Shown here in pieces: positions 47,968 through 59,004 of a stretch of 64,000 nt of DNA; positions within the stretch are counted from its first letter, which is position 1, and every line of letters starts with the position of its first letter. The notes beneath the pieces were generated by a model, which saw only the letters and a list, made by a program, of their open reading frames with translations, searched no databases and was not told the DNA's origin. The stretch covers positions 7,792 to 71,791 of the forward strand of contig CABPYL010000004.1 in NCBI GenBank assembly GCA_902461565.1, in the 5' to 3' direction. Position numbers and translations under genes: made by a program. Source of the stretch: an uncultured Porphyromonadaceae bacterium (lineage in GTDB: Bacteria; Bacteroidota; Bacteroidia; Bacteroidales; Muribaculaceae).

Positions 47968-50460
47968 ATGAAAAAAATAATCATCACATCGTTTATTGCC
48001 GCTGCTCTTGCGGGTAACGCTATTGCAAAGGAACCGGAGGTTATCAAAAACGACCTTCGTGCACCGGCATATCCCCTTGTAACAATCGATCCGTACACAA
48101 GCGCGTGGTCGTCTACCGATAATCTTTACGATTCTCCTGTAATTCATTGGACAGCAAAAGAATTCCCTTTTGTTGGCGTTATAAAGGTTGATGGTGTCCC
48201 ATATCGCTTTATGGGTACCGAAGTATTCGACACAAAACCGCTTTGCCCCACTTCGCTGCAGGGTAACGGATGGAAAGGCCGCTGGACAACCACTCGTCCC
48301 GAAGGCGACTGGAAATCGCTTGGTTATGATGATTCTTCCTGGAAAGAGGATGTGGCAGCTTTCGGCACACCTGAGAACGAACCTACATCCAAGACGGAGT
48401 GGAGAACTCCCGAAATATGGGTACGCCGAGTTATCGACATTCCAGCCGATTTCGAAGACGATATGCCTGTTTACCTCGAGCTAAGTAACGACGACGGCGC
48501 TATTTTCTATATCAACGGTGTAGAGATTTACAACACAGGCACTTTCTGCAACAAAAACAAAGTGGTTAAGTTCAACGACAAGGCGCGCGCGGCTCTGCGT
48601 CCTGGCAAGAACATTCTCGCCGCCGAGTGCGTGAACACCGGAGCCAACGGTTTGCTGGACTACGGTCTGCAGGTTCCCGTAAAAAAACATAATATCCTCG
48701 ACAATACTGCAGTGCAGACCTCTGCCGATGTCCAGGCTACTCAGACGCACTATACCTTTACCTGTGGTCCTGTTGATCTGGCCCTGAGCTTCTGTGCCCC
48801 TGTTTTCCTTGACGGCGACCTAGATCTTCTCTGTCGCCCCGTCAACTATGTTAACTACACGGCGACTTCCAACGACGGCAAAGCACATGATATAGCTGTC
48901 TATTTCGACGCATCTCCGCGTTGGGCTCTCGGTCAGCCCTACCAGGCATCCGTCAGTGACGCATACGAGCAGGACGGCATGATTTATCTCCGTGCCGGCA
49001 GCCGCGATCAGGCTGTGCTTGAAAAGGCCGGCGACCATGTGCGTATCGACTGGGGCCACTTCTACCTTTCCTCGCCCGCTGTAAAGGGACTTGAATATGG
49101 TATTGGCACTCCTGAGATGCTGCGAAGCAACTTTGTTGCCGGAAAGAGTATCGCTATGGGCAAGAAGGGCATCGACGAGGACGGCAACATGGCTCTGGCC
49201 CGCGGTTTCGGAAAGGTCAAGAAGGCCGAAGGACATGTTCTGGTTGGCTATAACGATGGATATTCCATCCAGTACTTCGGTCAGAATCTGCGTCCCTACT
49301 GGAACCGTACCGGTAACGTAACAATCGAATCGCAGTTCAAGGCAGCCGAGAAAGACCGCAAGAAACTTATCGACCGCTGCTATGCCTTCGACCGTCAGCT
49401 CATGAACGACGGCATCAAAGCCGGCGGCAAGAAATATGCCGAAGTTCTCGCTCTTGCGTATCGTCAGGCAATAGCAGCCCACAAGCTTGTGGAAGGCCCC
49501 AACGGCGAGCTGTTCTATTTCTCCAAAGAAAACGACAGCAACGGCTCCATCGGTACAGTGGATATCACATATCCCACAGCTCCGCTTTTCCTCTATTATA
49601 ATCCCGAACTTGCCAAGGCCACAATGAACTTCATCTACGACTACAGCGAGAGTGGCCGTTGGAAAAAGCCTTTCGCCGCACACGATGTAGGTACTTATCC
49701 CCGTGCCAACGGTCAGACATACGGCGGCGACATGCCCGTGGAGGAGAGCGGTAACATGATTATCGTTACACACGCTGCATGCAAGGTGCAGAACAATTAC
49801 GATTATGCCCTTAAGCACTGGAATACAATGTCCACATGGGTGGATTACCTCGTTAAATACGGTCTCGATCCTGAAAACCAGCTTTGTACCGATGACTTCG
49901 CCGGCCACTTCGCTCACAACGTCAATCTTTCCGCCAAAGCTATCATGGGTATCGCATCCTACGCCGCAATGGCACATGAACTTGGCAAGACAGACGTTGC
50001 CGACAAATACGAGGCTATCGCACGCGATTATGCAGCAAAATGGAAGACAAATGCTTTCGACGGCGACCACTATCGCCTCACTTTCGACAAACCTGGCACA
50101 TGGAGCCAGAAGTACAACATCGTGTGGGATAACATCCTCGACCTTAATATCTTCGATCCGCAGATTATGAAGGACGAAGTCAAATATTACCTAACCAAAC
50201 AGCACCAGTACGGCCTGCCGCTGGACAGCCGCAAGAACTATACAAAGACCGACTGGATTCTCTGGACAGCATCAATGGCCGACAACAACGATGATTTCAT
50301 GGCTTTTGTAGAGCCTGTTCACCGTTTCTACAACGAGACGCTTGACCGCGTTCCTATGTCGGACTGGACTTGGGCCGACAAGCCCCGTCGTAGCGGCTTT
50401 ATGACCCGTGCCGTCGTAGGTGGCCTTTATATGAAACTTTTTGCCGATAAAATGAAATAA
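47968..50460 (+). CDS. DUF4964/DUF5127/DUF4965 'glutaminase A-like' protein, paralog of the N-half of 42089..46606
   Basis: LRAPAYPLVTIDPYTSAWS, FSKENDSNG, TVDITYP, MPVEESGNM, LCTDDFAG, WSQKYNIVWD, TKTDW. Confidence 0.85.
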   Translation: MKKIIITSFIAAALAGNAIAKEPEVIKNDLRAPAYPLVTIDPYTSAWSSTDNLYDSPVIHWTAKEFPFVGVIKVDGVPYRFMGTEVFDTKPLCPTSLQGNGWKGRWTTTRPEGDWKSLGYDDSSWKEDVAAFGTPENEPTSKTEWRTPEIWVRRVIDIPADFEDDMPVYLELSNDDGAIFYINGVEIYNTGTFCNKNKVVKFNDKARAALRPGKNILAAECVNTGANGLLDYGLQVPVKKHNILDNTAVQTSADVQATQTHYTFTCGPVDLALSFCAPVFLDGDLDLLCRPVNYVNYTATSNDGKAHDIAVYFDASPRWALGQPYQASVSDAYEQDGMIYLRAGSRDQAVLEKAGDHVRIDWGHFYLSSPAVKGLEYGIGTPEMLRSNFVAGKSIAMGKKGIDEDGNMALARGFGKVKKAEGHVLVGYNDGYSIQYFGQNLRPYWNRTGNVTIESQFKAAEKDRKKLIDRCYAFDRQLMNDGIKAGGKKYAEVLALAYRQAIAAHKLVEGPNGELFYFSKENDSNGSIGTVDITYPTAPLFLYYNPELAKATMNFIYDYSESGRWKKPFAAHDVGTYPRANGQTYGGDMPVEESGNMIIVTHAACKVQNNYDYALKHWNTMSTWVDYLVKYGLDPENQLCTDDFAGHFAHNVNLSAKAIMGIASYAAMAHELGKTDVADKYEAIARDYAAKWKTNAFDGDHYRLTFDKPGTWSQKYNIVWDNILDLNIFDPQIMKDEVKYYLTKQHQYGLPLDSRKNYTKTDWILWTASMADNNDDFMAFVEPVHRFYNETLDRVPMSDWTWADKPRRSGFMTRAVVGGLYMKLFADKMK

Positions 50461-50468
50461 AGCAAGCA

Positions 50469-52751
50469 ATGAAAAAGCAATTATATTTAGTTGCCGCAGC
50501 TGCTGTTATCGCTGTCCAGTCTGCCGATGCACGCGACTATACGCAGCTCGTCAATCCTCTTGTTGGTACCGAGAGCACATTCGAGCTTTCTGCCGGCAAC
50601 ACATATCCGGCCATTGCACGTCCCTGGGGTATGAATTTCTGGACACCCCAGACCGGACCGATGGGCGACGGATGGCAGTACCAGTATACGGCCAACAAAA
50701 TCCGTGGCTTCAAGCAGACACATCAGCCCAGTCCGTGGATCAACGACTTCGGTCAGTTCTCCATAATGCCCGTAACTGGCTCGCCCAAGTTCAAGGAAAA
50801 CGACCGCATGAGCTGGTTTTCACACAAAGCCGAGGAAGCTCGTCCGTATTACTACAAGGCGTACCTTGCCGACTGGGATGTGGTTACAGAAGTCGCTCCC
50901 ACCGATCGTGCCGCAATGTTCCGCTTTACATTCCCTGAGGCTTCTTCTTTTGTCGTAGTTGACGCTTTTGATCATGGAAGCCATATCGAGGTTGTGCCCG
51001 GCCAGAACAGGATCATCGGCTATACAACCCGCAACAATGGCGGCGTCCCCGAGAATTTCCGTAATTATTTCGTGGTTGAGTTCGACAAGCCGTTTACTTA
51101 TACAGCGACATTCGCTGGCGACGAACTCAGCGAGAACGCCAACGAGCAGACGGCCGATCATACCGGAGCTGTCATAGGCTTCAAGACCGTGAAAGGCGAG
51201 AAAGTGCATGCTCGTGTGGCATCGTCGTTCATATCGCCGGAGCAGGCCGTGCGCAACCTTGCTGAACTCGACGGCAAGACATTCGATCAGATTGCCGAGG
51301 ATGGCCGCGACGCCTGGAACGATGTGCTTGGCCGCATCGACGTGGAAGGCGGCGACCTTGACCAGCAGCGCACATTTTATACTTGCCTGTACCGATCAAC
51401 TCTGTTTCCTCACAAACTATATGAGATCGATGCTGCCGGAAATCCCGTGCACTACAGCCCCTATAACGGTGAGGTGCTTCCCGGATACATGTACACAGGC
51501 ACCGGCTTCTGGGATACGTTCCGTGCCCTGTTCCCGCTGCTCAACATCCTTTATCCCTCTGTTGAAAAAGAAATGCAGGAGGGCTTCCTGAACGCTTACC
51601 GCGAAAGCGGTTTCTTCCCCGAATGGTCGTCGCCCGGCCACCGCGGCTGCATGGTAGGCAACAACTCGGCTTCCGTTATGGCCGACGCTTATCTCAAAGG
51701 TATCAAGGTAGACGATCCCGAAACGCTTTGGAAAGGTATCGTAACGGGCGCAAATAATGTGCATCCCACGGTTTCTTCGTCGGGCCGTCTCGGACACGAG
51801 TATTACAATAAACTCGGTTATGTGCCCTACGATGTTGATATCAAGGAAAACGCCGCCCGTACCCTCGAATATGCTTACGACGACTGGGCGATATGGCAGC
51901 TTGCCAAGGCGCTTGGCCGTCCGGCCGAGGAGCAGCAGCTGTACGCCGACCGCGCGATGAACTATAAGAATCTTTTCGACCCAGAAACAAAGTTGATGCG
52001 CGGACGCAATGCCGACGGCAAGTTCGCACCTAACTTCTCTCCTTTCAAGTGGGGCGACGCCTTTACCGAGGGTAATTCCTGGCACTACACTTGGAGTGTG
52101 TTCCACGATCCTCAGGGCCTTGTCGATCTTATGGGCGGCCGTGAAATCTTCGTGGAGATGATGGATTCGGTATTCTCTGTTCCGCCGGTGTTCGACGACA
52201 GCTACTATGGTTTCCCCATTCACGAAATACGTGAAATGCAGGTTATGAACATGGGCAACTATGCTCACGGCAACCAGCCCATACAGCACATGATTTATCT
52301 GTACGATTGGGTGGGCGAACCCTGGAAGGTACAGCAGCGTGTACGCGAAGTTATGGATAAACTGTATACCCCGCGTCCCGACGGCTATTGCGGCGACGAG
52401 GACAACGGCCAGACGTCGGCATGGTATGTATTCTCGGCTCTCGGTTTCTATCCTGTAAATCCTGTCGGAGGCGAATATGCTCTTGGTGCGCCTCTGTTCA
52501 ATAAAGCTACAGTCAAACTCGAGAACGGAAAGACTGTAACGATTTCCGCACCGGATAACAGCACAGATAATTTCTATGTTGAATCCATGAAAGTTAACGG
52601 CAAAAACTACGACAAGAACTATATCACCTTCCCAATGCTTATGAATGGCGACAAGATAGAGTTCAAAATGTCGGCAAAGCCTAACTACAAGCGAGGCACA
52701 GCCAAAGAAGCTGCTCCGTACTCTTTCTCTAATGAATTCAAGAAAAAATGA
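50469..52751 (+). CDS. GH92 alpha-mannosidase
   Basis: VNPLVGT, GNTYP, WDTFRAL, TLEYAYDD, FTEGNSWHY, HGNQPIQH, GDEDNGQTSAWYVFSALGFYP. Confidence 0.95.
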   Translation: MKKQLYLVAAAAVIAVQSADARDYTQLVNPLVGTESTFELSAGNTYPAIARPWGMNFWTPQTGPMGDGWQYQYTANKIRGFKQTHQPSPWINDFGQFSIMPVTGSPKFKENDRMSWFSHKAEEARPYYYKAYLADWDVVTEVAPTDRAAMFRFTFPEASSFVVVDAFDHGSHIEVVPGQNRIIGYTTRNNGGVPENFRNYFVVEFDKPFTYTATFAGDELSENANEQTADHTGAVIGFKTVKGEKVHARVASSFISPEQAVRNLAELDGKTFDQIAEDGRDAWNDVLGRIDVEGGDLDQQRTFYTCLYRSTLFPHKLYEIDAAGNPVHYSPYNGEVLPGYMYTGTGFWDTFRALFPLLNILYPSVEKEMQEGFLNAYRESGFFPEWSSPGHRGCMVGNNSASVMADAYLKGIKVDDPETLWKGIVTGANNVHPTVSSSGRLGHEYYNKLGYVPYDVDIKENAARTLEYAYDDWAIWQLAKALGRPAEEQQLYADRAMNYKNLFDPETKLMRGRNADGKFAPNFSPFKWGDAFTEGNSWHYTWSVFHDPQGLVDLMGGREIFVEMMDSVFSVPPVFDDSYYGFPIHEIREMQVMNMGNYAHGNQPIQHMIYLYDWVGEPWKVQQRVREVMDKLYTPRPDGYCGDEDNGQTSAWYVFSALGFYPVNPVGGEYALGAPLFNKATVKLENGKTVTISAPDNSTDNFYVESMKVNGKNYDKNYITFPMLMNGDKIEFKMSAKPNYKRGTAKEAAPYSFSNEFKKK

Positions 52752-53884
52752 GCCGGTCAAGAATAGTATTCCTCGATTATATAAGAGTTTTTGCATGTTT
52801 TCTGGTGATACTGGTACATGCGAGTGAAAACTTCTACGGGTCGCCTAACCCGGGCGAGATGGCGGGACCGGTATCGTGGCTTGCCAGTGAGACCGACCGG
52901 CTGTGGGTCTCGATCTACGACGGTTTCTCGCGAATGTCTGTACCTTTATTTATCATTGTGTCCGCATATCTGCTTGCTCCTATGAAGGAAACGGAGACGA
53001 TGTGGACATTTTATCGGCGTCGTTTCATGCGCATTCTGCCCCCGTTCCTTATTTTTATGGTCCTGTATTGTGTGCTCCCTTATGCCTTCGGCCAGATCGA
53101 CGCTTCCACAGCCGTTACCGATTTCACTCATATTCCGCTTAACTTCCCCTCGCTGGCAGGACACATGTGGTTCCTCTATCCGCTGATAAGCATATATTTG
53201 TTCATCCCCGTTGTGTCGCCCTGGCTGCGCAAGGCAACGGCCCGTGAGGAGCGCTTCTTCATCCTGCTGTTCGCCATATCAACTTGCATGCCTTATCTGC
53301 GCCGCTGGGTTGGTCCGGTGTGGGGTGAATGTTTCTGGAACGAGTACCATGCACTATGGTATTTCTCCGGCTATCTTGGCTACCTCGTTACCGCCCACTA
53401 TATCCGCGTGCATCTCGCATGGGACAACCGCAAGCGTGTAGCTGTAGGGCTGCCGATGATGCTTGTCGGTGCCATTGCAACCATTTTGTCGTTCTATGTG
53501 CAGGCCACACCGCTCGTAGAGCTGGTAACACCAGAACTTGAAATAGGATGGTCGTTCTGTACGCTTAATGTTTTTGTGCTCACAACAGGAGCATTCCTGC
53601 TGTTCAGCACTATCGGAAACGGTGAAGAGCCTGCTTTTGTGCTCAATCTTTCGAGGCTGAGTTTCACCATTTATCTGGTTCATATATTCTGGCTCGGTGT
53701 ATGGGTCGGCATTTTCAAGACCGATTTTGCGCTTCCGACTGTAGCTGCAATCCCGGTAATTGCTGTGTGCACTTTCTTCACCAGCTGGCTTACGGCCCAG
53801 ATTGTGTCCTGGTTGCCTGGCGCACGCTGGCTGGGTATAGAGCCCGCACAAACAACGCGCAGAACAATAGTCCCGGCTTCATGA
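52748..53884 (+). CDS. Acyltransferase family 3 (OafA-like) integral membrane protein
   Basis: RIVFLDYIRVFACFLVILVH, VPLFIIVS, RRFMRIL, HMWFL, SFTIYLVH; ATGA overlap with GH92. Confidence 0.88.
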   Translation: MSRSRIVFLDYIRVFACFLVILVHASENFYGSPNPGEMAGPVSWLASETDRLWVSIYDGFSRMSVPLFIIVSAYLLAPMKETETMWTFYRRRFMRILPPFLIFMVLYCVLPYAFGQIDASTAVTDFTHIPLNFPSLAGHMWFLYPLISIYLFIPVVSPWLRKATAREERFFILLFAISTCMPYLRRWVGPVWGECFWNEYHALWYFSGYLGYLVTAHYIRVHLAWDNRKRVAVGLPMMLVGAIATILSFYVQATPLVELVTPELEIGWSFCTLNVFVLTTGAFLLFSTIGNGEEPAFVLNLSRLSFTIYLVHIFWLGVWVGIFKTDFALPTVAAIPVIAVCTFFTSWLTAQIVSWLPGARWLGIEPAQTTRRTIVPAS

Positions 53885-53885
53885 T

Positions 53886-56800
53886 ATGATACGTAAGAAA
53901 AGTCTTATACTCCTCTCCGGCGTTATGTTCCTCTCTGTAGGGGACATAGACGCCGCAGAGCGTGTTATTACCATTACCGATAACTATCTTCATATACCTG
54001 TCTCGCACGCAGTGGATCGCGTGCGTATTGTAATGGAAGCACCCGGCATGGAGGCCATGCCGGTAGACGTGCGTATAGCCGGTGGAAAACCGGACTACTG
54101 GGTTTTCAAGGATGTCAAAGCCTTGCGAGGCAAAAAAATGAAAATAACGTATCCCGATGGCACGGCTGGGGTGGATTCCATTCGTCTGGCATCGGAAGTA
54201 CCGGATGCCGACAGAATCTATAACGAACCTACACGCCCGCGATTCCATTATACTACCCGCCGCGGATGGATAAACGACCCAAACGGCCTTGTCTACTACG
54301 ACGGTGAGTACCATCTGTTCTATCAGCACAATCCATTCGAACGCGACTGGGGCAATATGACGTGGGGACATGCAGTAAGCACCGATTTGGTGAACTGGAC
54401 CGAACTGCCTACGGCCATCCATCCGGATGCGTCGGGCACCATGTTCTCCGGTTCTGCTGTGATTGACTATGAAAATACATCGGGCTTCGGCAGCAAGAAA
54501 AATCCGCCAATGGTGATTGCCTATACTGTGGACAGCCCCGACCGCGAGACGCAGGCCATAGCCTATAGCCTCGACCGAGGGCGTACTTTCACCAAGTATG
54601 CCGGTAATCCTGTAATCGACAGCAAGGAAAAATGGAATTCCCGCGACACCCGCGACCCGCGATTATTCCGCTACGACGACCATTGGGTGATGGTACTTAA
54701 TGAACGCGACGGTCATTCCATCTATACTTCCGACAATCTGCGCGACTGGACCTACCGGAGCCATGTAACCGGCTTCTGGGAATGCCCTGACCTGTTCGAG
54801 TTGTCTGTGGACGGCGATAAGAACAATAAAATGTGGGTTATGTCCGGCGCTTCCGGTACATATATGATTGGCAAGTTCGACGGCTATACCTTCACTCCGG
54901 TTTCAGGGAAGCACCGTAATTGTGCAGGCAGTATTTACGCCGCTCAGACGTTCAATAATATTCCTGCAAGCGACGGACGCCGCATCCAGATAGGCTGGGG
55001 ACGCCTCGGTATTCCCGGGGAACCTGTCAACGGTATGATGCTTATGCCAACCGAGCTGAGTCTGCGCACTACCAAAGACGGAGTACGCCTTGTCAGTGTT
55101 CCAGTACGTGAGATTCAGGATATTTTCACTCCCGCAGGGGCATGGCAGAATCTGTCGCAGGAACAGGCCAATGATATTCTGCGGCCGTTTTCCGGGGTCG
55201 ACTGCCTGCGCATAAAGGCAAAGATTGAGCTTTCTCATGCTACCGATGCCTCGCTCAGCCTCAACGGACAGCGGCTGGTGGATTACGATATGAACGGTAC
55301 ACGCCTCAACGGCAACGATTATTCGCCTCAGGACCCAACGAGCATGCAGTTAGACGTTGATGTATTCATCGACCGCTCTGTTGTCGAGGTTTTTGTAGAC
55401 GGTGGTCTTTTCTCTTATTCGTTCGGGCGCAACATGCCCGATAATCCTGACAGGACCGAGCCTTTCACATTCCGTGGAAACCGTATTACGGTCAAGGCTT
55501 TGGAAGTATTCAGAATTGCCCAGCCCGAGATAACCGTGGTCCCGGCCCCTGCGAAAGGAGCATTCCCCATTGTTGCGGCTGATGGAAGCACTGCCACTTT
55601 TATCGTGTGCGATACGGATGCGGATGTGGTGTCTACAGCGGCTCAGGCAGTTGCGGAAGACATAAAGCTGATTACAGGTAGTGCTCCGGCAGTCCGGAAT
55701 ACCATTGATAATATCGACTTCCCTGTCATAGCCGGAACCATAGGCAAATCGGAGCTTATAGACAAACTCATTGCCTCCGGAAAGATAGATGTTTACGATG
55801 TCAAAGACAAATGGGAAGCCTACGGCTTGGCAGTGGTGGACAAACCCTTCCCTGGGGTAAAAAAAGCGCTTGTGGCGTACGGCAGCATGCCGCGTGCCAC
55901 TGCTTATGCGTTGTTCGAACTGTCCGGGCTTATGGGAGTATCGCCATACGTGTGGTGGGCCGACGTAATTCCCGAGAAAAGGGATGCACTGTATGCAACG
56001 GCAGGTGCTACCATTGTTAAAGAACCGTCGGTAAAATATCGCGGCATATTTATAAATGACGAGGACTGGGGGCTGATGCCCTGGGCTGCAAAAAACATCG
56101 ATTCCAAATATAACAACATAGGACCTAATACCTATGCCAAGGTTATGGAACTGCTTTTACGCCTGCGTGCAAATGTCCTTTGGCCGGCGATGCATTTGTG
56201 CTCGCAGGCGTTCTGGGACAACAAGGACAACCTTCCTGTCGCTAAAAAATATGATATAGCTTTAGGCTCGAGCCACTGCGAGCAGATGCTGCGTGATAAC
56301 GAATGGGAGTGGCGTCGATACGAAGATAAAACGGGCACATACGAAAATTGGAATTACGTTACAAACCGCGATAAGATTCAGCGATACTGGGAGGAAAGGG
56401 TAGAAGAGAGCAAAGGCTTCTCTGCCATGTATACCTTGGGCATGAGGGGCGTACACGACTGGGGAATAAGCGGTTATCCGTCTACCGAGGACAAGGTACG
56501 CGGCCTATCGGAGATTATTGCGTACCAGCGGTCGCTGATAGAAAAGTATATTGGACGTCCGGATTCGGTGCCGCAGATTTTTATACCGTATAAAGAAGTG
56601 CTGGATGCCTATAACGCCGGATTGCAGGTACCAGGAGATGTGATTCTTACATGGGTGGACGATAATCACGGCTATATACGTCAGCTCCCTACAACTGAGG
56701 AACAGAAGCGTCCAGGTGGTCATGGTGTGTATTATCATTTGTCATACTGGGGAACGCCGGAGGATTATCTGTGGCTGTGCTCGACATCACCGTCGCTGAT

Positions 56801-57872
56801 TAGTTATGAACTTACCAAAGGTTACTATAACGGCATACGCGACCTGTGGGTGATAAATGTGGGCGACATCAAGCCAGCCGAGGCCGAGCTTGAGTTCTGT
56901 ATGAATCTTGCATGGGATATCGACGCCTGGAAGCCGGAGAATGCTTGTCAGTACAACAGATATTGGGCAGAAAAGACATTCGGGACCGATGTGGCCGATG
57001 AACTTGCCGATATCAAGCGCGAGTATTACGAGTTGGCGGCTGCTGGAAAGCCTGAGCATGTTTTTGCTGTTGACTATAACAACGCCGAGATGGACAGGCG
57101 CATTGAACGATATGCGACTTTGGCAAAACGTGTGGACAAATTGGCCGACAGAATTCCCAAGCGGCTGAAGGACGCTTATTTTGAACTGATCGAATATCCT
57201 GTGAAAGGCGCCTATAACATCAATGTGATGACGTTCCGTTCCCGCCAGGGACGTGCCGGTGAGGCGAAAAAGGCATTCGATAACATACAACGCCTTACAG
57301 CTTTGTATAATACCGGCATCGCCAACGGAAAATGGAATGGCATGATGGACTGCAAGCCCAGGAAGCAGAAGCAATTCTATCTGCCTGAACCGACTGAGAA
57401 ATCTGATGTCCGCGACGAGAACTTCACTATAATTCCAGCCGCTGCTTATACAGCATCCAGTGTCAATCTTACCGAAATTAAAGGTTTGGGTATAGGTGGC
57501 AGCAGTGTTGCTGTATGGCCGATGGATTATACCGATTATTCTGTCGAGGGAATTGCAAAAGCGCCGTATGCGGATTACATAGTACCGGTTAAGAAGGGCG
57601 AAAACACGATTGAAGCACGTTTTATTCCGTCGTTTCCGGTTCACAGCGGTGAAAATCTGAATGTAGCGGTGAGTGTGGACGGCAACGAGCCGCGGATATG
57701 CTCGCTCAAGACAGTAGCGACCGAGGGTAAGTGGAACAAGACCGTACTGCAAGGCTTCAACGATGCCTCGGTAAACTATAATTCATCCAAAGACAAGAAA
57801 GTGAACGTGCGCGTTTCGCTGCTGAACCCGGGCATCGCCCTGAGCGAGATATATGTGCATTCATCCAAATAA
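53886..57872 (+). CDS. Fusion of DUF4980 + GH32 (fructofuranosidase-like) with GH115 (alpha-glucuronidase-like)
   Basis: GH32: WINDPNG, WGHAVS, FSGSA, RDP, WECP. GH115: YRGIFINDEDW, WPAMH, SSHCE, GMRGVHD, DDNHGY, YYHLSYWG, NVGDIKP. Confidence 0.88.
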   Translation: MIRKKSLILLSGVMFLSVGDIDAAERVITITDNYLHIPVSHAVDRVRIVMEAPGMEAMPVDVRIAGGKPDYWVFKDVKALRGKKMKITYPDGTAGVDSIRLASEVPDADRIYNEPTRPRFHYTTRRGWINDPNGLVYYDGEYHLFYQHNPFERDWGNMTWGHAVSTDLVNWTELPTAIHPDASGTMFSGSAVIDYENTSGFGSKKNPPMVIAYTVDSPDRETQAIAYSLDRGRTFTKYAGNPVIDSKEKWNSRDTRDPRLFRYDDHWVMVLNERDGHSIYTSDNLRDWTYRSHVTGFWECPDLFELSVDGDKNNKMWVMSGASGTYMIGKFDGYTFTPVSGKHRNCAGSIYAAQTFNNIPASDGRRIQIGWGRLGIPGEPVNGMMLMPTELSLRTTKDGVRLVSVPVREIQDIFTPAGAWQNLSQEQANDILRPFSGVDCLRIKAKIELSHATDASLSLNGQRLVDYDMNGTRLNGNDYSPQDPTSMQLDVDVFIDRSVVEVFVDGGLFSYSFGRNMPDNPDRTEPFTFRGNRITVKALEVFRIAQPEITVVPAPAKGAFPIVAADGSTATFIVCDTDADVVSTAAQAVAEDIKLITGSAPAVRNTIDNIDFPVIAGTIGKSELIDKLIASGKIDVYDVKDKWEAYGLAVVDKPFPGVKKALVAYGSMPRATAYALFELSGLMGVSPYVWWADVIPEKRDALYATAGATIVKEPSVKYRGIFINDEDWGLMPWAAKNIDSKYNNIGPNTYAKVMELLLRLRANVLWPAMHLCSQAFWDNKDNLPVAKKYDIALGSSHCEQMLRDNEWEWRRYEDKTGTYENWNYVTNRDKIQRYWEERVEESKGFSAMYTLGMRGVHDWGISGYPSTEDKVRGLSEIIAYQRSLIEKYIGRPDSVPQIFIPYKEVLDAYNAGLQVPGDVILTWVDDNHGYIRQLPTTEEQKRPGGHGVYYHLSYWGTPEDYLWLCSTSPSLISYELTKGYYNGIRDLWVINVGDIKPAEAELEFCMNLAWDIDAWKPENACQYNRYWAEKTFGTDVADELADIKREYYELAAAGKPEHVFAVDYNNAEMDRRIERYATLAKRVDKLADRIPKRLKDAYFELIEYPVKGAYNINVMTFRSRQGRAGEAKKAFDNIQRLTALYNTGIANGKWNGMMDCKPRKQKQFYLPEPTEKSDVRDENFTIIPAAAYTASSVNLTEIKGLGIGGSSVAVWPMDYTDYSVEGIAKAPYADYIVPVKKGENTIEARFIPSFPVHSGENLNVAVSVDGNEPRICSLKTVATEGKWNKTVLQGFNDASVNYNSSKDKKVNVRVSLLNPGIALSEIYVHSSK

Positions 57873-57903
57873 ACAGAAAATATAACGCTTAAAAAGTATT
57901 ACC

Positions 57904-59004
57904 ATGTATAATTCAGACAAGCGCATAGTTGCGACACTCGACGCCGGAGGCACCAACCTTGTTTTCGGTGCCATGCGTGGCTGTGAGTATATTACCGATC
58001 CTATTATTTTGCCCTCGAACGCGCACGACCTCGAACGGTGTCTCGATTCCATATCCGAAGGCTTTACCCGCATTTTCGATACTCTTGACGAGAAACCGGT
58101 GGCAATCAGTTTCGCTTTTCCCGGACCGGCGGACTATCCTTCGGGCGTAATCGGCGGCTATCTGCCTAATTTCCCCTCGTTCCGCGATGGTGTGGCCCTG
58201 GGGCCGTTCCTCGAAGAGAAATTCAAGGTGCCTGTGTTCATCAACAACGACGGCGATCTGTTTGCCTACGGCGAAGCTCTTTGTGGCGCACTCCCCGAAC
58301 TTAACCGTCGTCTCGAGGAAGCTGGAAGTAAAAAACGTTACAAAAACCTGATTGGCTATACTTTCGGTACCGGTTTCGGCATCGGAATTGTGGTTAACGG
58401 GAAGCTTAACCTCGGCGACAACTCGTGTGTGGAGACGTTCTGTCTTCCTAATATGGCAAAGGAGCGAATCATTGTAGAGGAAGGTGTGTCCATTCGCGCG
58501 GTAAAGCGTGTGTATGCCGAAGCATCCGGCGACTACAATCACAAATTCGAGCCTAAGGAAATCTGTGAGATTGCCGACGGCAAACGTGAAGGAAACGTAG
58601 AAGCAGCCCGCAAAGCTTTTGCCGAGATGGGTACCATTGCAGGCGACGCGATGGCTATAGCTGCCCAGCTCGTGGATGGTATAATTGTGTTAGGTGGCGG
58701 TCTTACCGCGGCCGAACGCTGGTTTATGCCGTCGCTGCTCAAGGAAATGCGCAGCAATTTCGCAACTCTTGGCGGAGAAACACTTCACCGTCTGCAGATG
58801 CAGGTGTTCGATGTCGACGATCCTGCCGAGTTCGAGGCTTTTGCAAAAGGCAACCCCCGTACAATTGCCATACGCGGTACAAACCGTACCGTGGAATACG
58901 ACGATATGAAACGCATAGGTATAATGGTATCCAAGTTGGGGGCTTCCAAGGCTATTTCGGCCGGTGCTTATGCTTTCGCACTTTCAAAAATAGATGAAAA
59001 ATGA
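57904..59004 (+). CDS. ROK-family sugar kinase (hexose/mannose kinase)
   Basis: LDAGGTN, FPGPADY, VFINNDGDLFAYGE, FGTGFG, IVLGGG; adjacent to manA. Confidence 0.88.
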   Translation: MYNSDKRIVATLDAGGTNLVFGAMRGCEYITDPIILPSNAHDLERCLDSISEGFTRIFDTLDEKPVAISFAFPGPADYPSGVIGGYLPNFPSFRDGVALGPFLEEKFKVPVFINNDGDLFAYGEALCGALPELNRRLEEAGSKKRYKNLIGYTFGTGFGIGIVVNGKLNLGDNSCVETFCLPNMAKERIIVEEGVSIRAVKRVYAEASGDYNHKFEPKEICEIADGKREGNVEAARKAFAEMGTIAGDAMAIAAQLVDGIIVLGGGLTAAERWFMPSLLKEMRSNFATLGGETLHRLQMQVFDVDDPAEFEAFAKGNPRTIAIRGTNRTVEYDDMKRIGIMVSKLGASKAISAGAYAFALSKIDEK

